Shown: positions 59,286-64,000 of the stretch, in pieces
How the letters are laid out: every line of letters starts with the position of its first letter
Position numbering within the stretch: position 1 is the stretch's first letter
Assembly: GCA_050943415.1 (NCBI GenBank)
Contig: JBMNPD010000003.1
Coordinates: 3,962 to 67,961 of the forward strand
Reading direction: 5' to 3'
Length of the DNA stretch: 64,000 nucleotides
DNA from: Candidatus Dojkabacteria bacterium
GTDB lineage: Bacteria > Patescibacteriota > Dojkabacteria > SC72
Notes under the pieces: generated by a model
Told to the model about the DNA's origin: nothing
The model's database searches: none
What the model saw: the letters and a program-made list of their open reading frames with translations, nothing else
Program-made: the position numbers and the translations under genes

Positions 59286-60313
59286 TGAAAAAGAAAAAGA
59301 GAAGTAACTACAAAAAAGGAAGAGAGAAGTTTACAAACAGAACAATTCCTACGAAGTATTATACAAAGGATGATATTTTCTTTTCTCGTATGGCTAGTAT
59401 TTTGATGGTATCTAAGGGTAAGGTTAGGAGTGTTTTTTCACACAGACCAATTACAACTATACGGTTAAATTCTTTAAAAGGTGATGTTAGGGAAACAGAG
59501 GAGATATTGAAGAGAAAGGGTTTTGATTTAGAAGAGGTTACTTGGGCAAAGAATACTTTTTTTGTTTTGAACAGAGATAAGTCTGTAGTTTCTCAGACTG
59601 AGGAGTACAGTGATGGTAAGTACTATATTCAGAATCTTTCTAGTATTCTTGCTGTTACTGTTTTAAATCCTAAGGCTAAAGAAAAAATTTTAGATATGTG
59701 TGCTGCACCAGGTAGTAAGACTACATATATTGCTGATTTGACTGGTGGAAAGGCTCAGATTTTAGCTAATGATTCTGATATGAAGAGGGTTGGAGATTTA
59801 CAATCTGTTGTTAATCAGTTTGGTGATGAGAGTATTAAGGTTACTTTGAGTGATGGTAGAGATTTTGGTAAGAAGTACCCTATTTATTTTGATAATGTAC
59901 TTCTTGATGCTCCTTGTAGTGGAGAGGGGTTGATTTATATGAATGGTCCTAGGCCTTTGAGGTATTGGAGTATGGATAAGGTTAAGAGGAGTGTGTTTTT
60001 ACAGAAAGATTTGATTGTTTCTGCATTTAAAACACTGAAGCATGGTAAGAGTATGGTTTATTCTACTTGTACATTAGAGCCTGAAGAGAATGAAGGAGTT
60101 GTTTCTCATCTTTTGAATCTATTTCCTAATGCGAGGATTGAGAAGATACCAATTGTAGAAAGTAAGGAGTTTGGTGAGTACAGAGAATTTGTTAAGCCCG
60201 GAATTAAGAAATGGAGTGGTCATGTATATTGCCCTGAAGTAGTAGACACTATTAGGATTATTCCTAATGCTAAGATGATGGGCTTCTATATTGCTAAGAT
60301 ATTTAAGGAGTAG
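59285..60313 (+). CDS. RsmB/RsmF (NOL1/NOP2/Sun) RNA m5C methyltransferase
   Basis: LDMCAAPGSKT, LLDAPCSGEG, VYSTCTLEPEENEGVV. Confidence 0.93.
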   Translation: MKKKKRSNYKKGREKFTNRTIPTKYYTKDDIFFSRMASILMVSKGKVRSVFSHRPITTIRLNSLKGDVRETEEILKRKGFDLEEVTWAKNTFFVLNRDKSVVSQTEEYSDGKYYIQNLSSILAVTVLNPKAKEKILDMCAAPGSKTTYIADLTGGKAQILANDSDMKRVGDLQSVVNQFGDESIKVTLSDGRDFGKKYPIYFDNVLLDAPCSGEGLIYMNGPRPLRYWSMDKVKRSVFLQKDLIVSAFKTLKHGKSMVYSTCTLEPEENEGVVSHLLNLFPNARIEKIPIVESKEFGEYREFVKPGIKKWSGHVYCPEVVDTIRIIPNAKMMGFYIAKIFKE

Positions 60314-60336
60314 TTGTCCGACATTATCGGACAACT
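60312..60336. terminator. Palindrome between the convergent m5C methyltransferase gene and pnp
   Basis: AGTTGTCCGA-catta-TCGGACAACT, perfect 10-bp stem. Confidence 0.55.
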
Positions 60337-60365
60337 TACTATTTACCTCAATAGATTGGTAAACT

Positions 60366-62459
60366 CTATTTCTTCTCCAATCCTTTCATACTCAACTTGA
60401 TTTTGCCCTGATTATCTATTCCAACTATCTTTACCTTAATAATATCTCCCTCATTGATAAACTTTCTAACATCTTTAACAAATTCATCAGATATTTCTGA
60501 CACATGAAGAAGACCAGAAATGCCTGGTGCTAAATCTACAAATCCACCGTAAGGCATAATTGATGCTACCTTACCTTCATAGATTTCTCCTATCTGTGGT
60601 ACAAAGTTATATCCTCCAATAATCCTTGATGCTTCATCTATAGATTCCTTAGAAGAACTATAGATATTAACTGTACCATCTTCATCAATTTCAATTTCTG
60701 CTCCTGTTCTTTCCGAAAGTTCACGAATATTCTTTCCTCCAGGGCCAATTATCTCACCAATCTTGTCTGTAGGAACCTTAATCTGTACAACTCTAGGTGC
60801 ATACTGAGACATCTCTTCTCTTGGCTTTGAAATAGCTTCAGCCATTTTTGCAAGAATCTTCAATCTTGCATCCTTTGACTGTTTGAATGTCTGCTTTACA
60901 ACCTCCATACTCAAACCCTTTGTCTTAGTATCCATCTGTACTGCAGTTACTCCCTTATCTGTTCCTGTAATCTTAAAATCCATATCACCATAGAAATCTT
61001 CAACATCTCTCATATCTGTCAAAACTTTAAAACTTCCATCTTCTCCTGTTATCAATCCACAAGCAACACCAGCAACAGCATTCTTTAGTGGAACTCCTGC
61101 TGTCATCAAAGACATAGTAGATCCACAAGCAGAAGCCATTGAGCTTGATCCATTCTCACCTTGTATTTCACTCATAACTAACATCGTGTATGGGAATTCT
61201 TCCTCAGATGGAATTACTGGCCACAAAGCTTTCTCTGCTAACATTCCATGACCAATAGCTCTTCTACTTGGAGCTAGTTTAACTCTCTCTGCTTCTCCAT
61301 ATGCAAATGGTAAATCGTTGTAAAAATGCATATATCTCTGCTCTCTCTCGCCCTCCATATCATCTACCAATCTAACATCTTTCAAACTACCCAAGGTTGT
61401 TACTGTTAATGTCTGAGTAACACCTCTGGTAAACAACGCAGAACCGTGTACTCTAGGTAGAAGATCTACTTCAGTAGCCATTTCTCTAATCTCATCTGTT
61501 TTCCTGCCATCTGCTCTTACATCATCTTCTAATATGAGTTTTCTAAGAGCTTTTTTCTGTAAAGTATCGTATGCTTCATCCATAGCTAATTTAGAGTACT
61601 TACCCTCTAGTTTTTCATACAATTCATTTTTGCTTGCTTCGTGTACAGTCCTGTCACCTACACCATTTTTTAGATTCTCTGCAATTTTCTTCTCACCAAG
61701 AATTTCTAAGACAGCATCTACTACCTCATCTTCAAGAGCATATGATGTATATGTTTTTTCCTTAGGTTTAACCAATTTCAAAAATTCATTCTGTGCTTTA
61801 ATCCATTCATCCATCAGAGTTAATGATTTCTCCATACCCTCGAAAATCTTCTCTTCTTCTACTTCGTATGCACCTGCATCAATCATTGTAAATGTTTTAC
61901 CATCACCTGCTACAACATAGTTCATTCTCTCCTCCTCAGATGTTAAATCCATTGATTTCATGACATTCAAAATATTTTCATTAGCATCAAGGCCCATTCT
62001 TACAGCTCCAAGAGGTCCTTCAAACGGTGCTTTCGAATTCATCAAAGCCAAGGATACTGCATTTATTGCTAAAAGTGCTGGATCATTCTCATTGTCATAT
62101 GACATAACAGTAACAATCACACTCACTTCATCTTTGTAATCATGTGGAAATCTAGGTCTAACAGCTCTATCTATCATTCTTGCTTTAAGAATTGCATCAT
62201 CACTTGGAAATCTTTCTCTTTTAACAAATCTGGATCCACTTATCTTTCCTGATGCATAGAATTTTTCAATGTATTCAACAGAAAGAGGAAAGTAATCTGT
62301 TTCTCCAGTTGCTTCCTTTGTATTTACATTTACAGTAATTACTGTATCTCCCATTCTTGCTAGGATAGATGATTGAGATTTTAGAGCCAACTTTCCAGTT
62401 TCAAAGGAGCATTTTGTTCCTTCTATCTCAAACTCGTATTTTTTCTCGTTAAATAACAT
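60366..62459 (-). CDS. pnp: Polyribonucleotide nucleotidyltransferase (PNPase)
   Basis: FPLSVEY.EK.YASGKI, HGSALFTRG.TQ, NGSSSMAS, DFYGDMDFK, KH and S1 domains. Confidence 0.97.
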   Translation of the reverse strand: MLFNEKKYEFEIEGTKCSFETGKLALKSQSSILARMGDTVITVNVNTKEATGETDYFPLSVEYIEKFYASGKISGSRFVKRERFPSDDAILKARMIDRAVRPRFPHDYKDEVSVIVTVMSYDNENDPALLAINAVSLALMNSKAPFEGPLGAVRMGLDANENILNVMKSMDLTSEEERMNYVVAGDGKTFTMIDAGAYEVEEEKIFEGMEKSLTLMDEWIKAQNEFLKLVKPKEKTYTSYALEDEVVDAVLEILGEKKIAENLKNGVGDRTVHEASKNELYEKLEGKYSKLAMDEAYDTLQKKALRKLILEDDVRADGRKTDEIREMATEVDLLPRVHGSALFTRGVTQTLTVTTLGSLKDVRLVDDMEGEREQRYMHFYNDLPFAYGEAERVKLAPSRRAIGHGMLAEKALWPVIPSEEEFPYTMLVMSEIQGENGSSSMASACGSTMSLMTAGVPLKNAVAGVACGLITGEDGSFKVLTDMRDVEDFYGDMDFKITGTDKGVTAVQMDTKTKGLSMEVVKQTFKQSKDARLKILAKMAEAISKPREEMSQYAPRVVQIKVPTDKIGEIIGPGGKNIRELSERTGAEIEIDEDGTVNIYSSSKESIDEASRIIGGYNFVPQIGEIYEGKVASIMPYGGFVDLAPGISGLLHVSEISDEFVKDVRKFINEGDIIKVKIVGIDNQGKIKLSMKGLEKK

Positions 62460-62550
62460 GTTTGTTTAAATAAATTTATATTAAAGCACAGGTTAATCAC
62501 CTATGTATTTTAAATGGAAAGTTGTTACAAAGAAAGGGTGTCTCCCTTTT

Positions 62551-62814
62551 TTAAATTTTTAGCTTCTTGCTTAATGCATCAAATCTTTCAGCTTCATTAC
62601 TTTTCAAATACTGCATCAATCTTCTTCTCTTACCTACCATCTGAAGTAAACCTCTTCTAGAGTGGTTGTCTTTTTTATGTGTTTTCAAATGTTCTGTAAG
62701 GTTGTTTATCTGTTTAGTTAACAGTGCAATCTGTACTTCTGGCGAACCAGTATCACCCTCATGGAGTGCATACTTCTTTATTACTTCAATTTTTTCTGCG
62801 TTACTTAGTGCCAT
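62551..62814 (-). CDS. rpsO: 30S ribosomal protein S15
   Basis: [33 protein letters not shown]. Confidence 0.98.
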   Translation of the reverse strand: MALSNAEKIEVIKKYALHEGDTGSPEVQIALLTKQINNLTEHLKTHKKDNHSRRGLLQMVGKRRRLMQYLKSNEAERFDALSKKLKI

Positions 62815-62912
62815 ATATTTAGGTTAGCATTATATTTTTATATTTACAAGAGATTTTATACTCTAATGTATAAGGTGAGTATTGTATAATTTTATAGGCT
62901 GTTTGTCAATAA

Positions 62913-64000
62913 TTACGGTTTGTAACCAACCTCTCTTTTAAAAACAGAGGCTTCTTTTCCAAAGAATACTTCTGATATTTTAGTATATTTTATATCATAT
63001 GCTATTACTAATGATGGATTGATATCGTTGTAAAGACGTAAGTCTCTGTGATGTGAAATTGCAGAATTACCATCAGTGCCAGACAAGTCTTTACCTACAC
63101 CAATTACTCCACCATATATCTCTACGCCATCTCGGATCAGTTTGTCTCCATCTACAAAAGGTACTAATATTTGATTACCTGCATAAAGATAACCTTCAAT
63201 ATAGTCATAACCTACTACATTTGCACTTCTATATTCTCCTTGTAATATCTCTATGTTCTCCCTAGCTACAAACATACAACCATTTAAACCAACCTTATCA
63301 CTAGTTACATTAGGATTGATGAGTATATTACCTTCGGTCATAAATAATATGGTTTTGTCGCAAACATAATCTGATGGAATAACTATATCTTCGGAACTAT
63401 ACATTATACATTTGGAACCAACAGAACAAGCATTTATGTCTGTTATTTCTACTACTCCCTCTTGTTTCTTGCTTAGGTTCTTTTTTAAGGTGTCATAGTA
63501 TTGTTCTGGTCTGTTATTGGTATCAATTACATTGGTTGCTCTTGCACTTGTTTTGTTTGCTTCTATTATATTTCTAATGAAGTTAGAAGAAGAAGAAATT
63601 ATTTCACTACCTATTTTTAATTCTGACTTCAGGGCATTGGTTATTGTTTGAATTCCTCCTATATTGTAATAATAGTCATCAACCGAAGAAAGATCCTTTG
63701 CGTTAGTTAGTATGTTACCTTTACTGTATAGTGTTCCACCTTTAGTGGAAATCCATGGGTCTAGATTTACGCTATTATTAGAAGATGTTGTATAGTTGCA
63801 AGCTTGATCAAAAGCAGTAATATACATATCTATAGCTCCACCTTCGTTTGAGGATATACCTACATCTGAATTATCAATAACGGGAGTGGTATTAATGTTA
63901 AGATAATCCCATTGATTTGGATTTCTAGGATTGCCTATCTCTGCTTCTGGTGGTGTACCTGCATTTAAAGTTATACTGTTTGGATTGTTTGCTATAGTTA
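62913..64000 (-). CDS. C-terminal part of a large secreted/beta-rich hypothetical protein (frame open to the window edge)
   Basis: The reading frame stays open from 64000 through the ORF-track start at 63827; PWISTKGG.LYS...GNILINPNV...IYGGVIG beta-solenoid-like pattern. Confidence 0.7.
   Translation of the reverse strand, partial: TIANNPNSITLNAGTPPEAEIGNPRNPNQWDYLNINTTPVIDNSDVGISSNEGGAIDMYITAFDQACNYTTSSNNSVNLDPWISTKGGTLYSKGNILTNAKDLSSVDDYYYNIGGIQTITNALKSELKIGSEIISSSSNFIRNIIEANKTSARATNVIDTNNRPEQYYDTLKKNLSKKQEGVVEITDINACSVGSKCIMYSSEDIVIPSDYVCDKTILFMTEGNILINPNVTSDKVGLNGCMFVARENIEILQGEYRSANVVGYDYIEGYLYAGNQILVPFVDGDKLIRDGVEIYGGVIGVGKDLSGTDGNSAISHHRDLRLYNDINPSLVIAYDIKYTKISEVFFGKEASVFKREVGYKP

Noticed and set aside
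1828-63265. Many short antisense or alternate-frame ORFs (e.g. 5277-5747, 24207-24815, 25453-25989, 47791-48282, 55375-55854)
   Set aside because: Shadow frames of well-supported genes, produced by codon bias.
1-64000. CRISPR array, prophage or classical IS element
   Set aside because: No regularly spaced repeat-spacer array and no cas, phage structural or DDE transposase genes were seen.
1-64000. Alternative genetic code (UGA recoding as in Gracilibacteria/Absconditabacteria)
   Set aside because: All conserved genes translate full length under code 11 without internal TGA.

Overview
AT-rich bacterial chromosome segment using the standard genetic code, with most genes on the minus strand. 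Gene content points to a Patescibacteria/CPR organism, possibly Dojkabacteria-like (inference). The evidence is no L30 gene, an archaeal-type UMP kinase, dimeric GlyRS, a compact RNase P RNA, and CAP, FN3 and VirB6-like surface proteins. The window holds tRNA synthetase and modification genes, rny, a rearranged fusA-tuf-S10-spc-alpha ribosomal cluster, pcrA, a ~15 kb envelope/surface-protein cluster, rsmE/rsmF, pnp and rpsO. RNA elements read directly from the sequence are tRNA-Glu(CTC), a 301-nt RNase P RNA, a compact glmS ribozyme variant and a candidate 6S RNA upstream of rny. The most striking observation is that both EF-Tu and EF-G have lost the guanine-specifying G4 aspartate (NKxD to NTFG and NKIN), and both carry a parallel Ser-to-Asp change in G5. 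This suggests elongation factors with altered nucleotide specificity. A tandem HAD nucleotidase-like gene sits between them, and the nearby adenylate kinase lacks its DGFPR motif. Other signals include two RAYT/HUH nucleases (one with three 22-bp REP-like palindromes), a dispersed 23-bp intergenic motif with dif-like geometry, widespread leaderless-type promoters and no L29 gene in the S10 operon. All calls come from manual reading and motif recognition; no searches were run.
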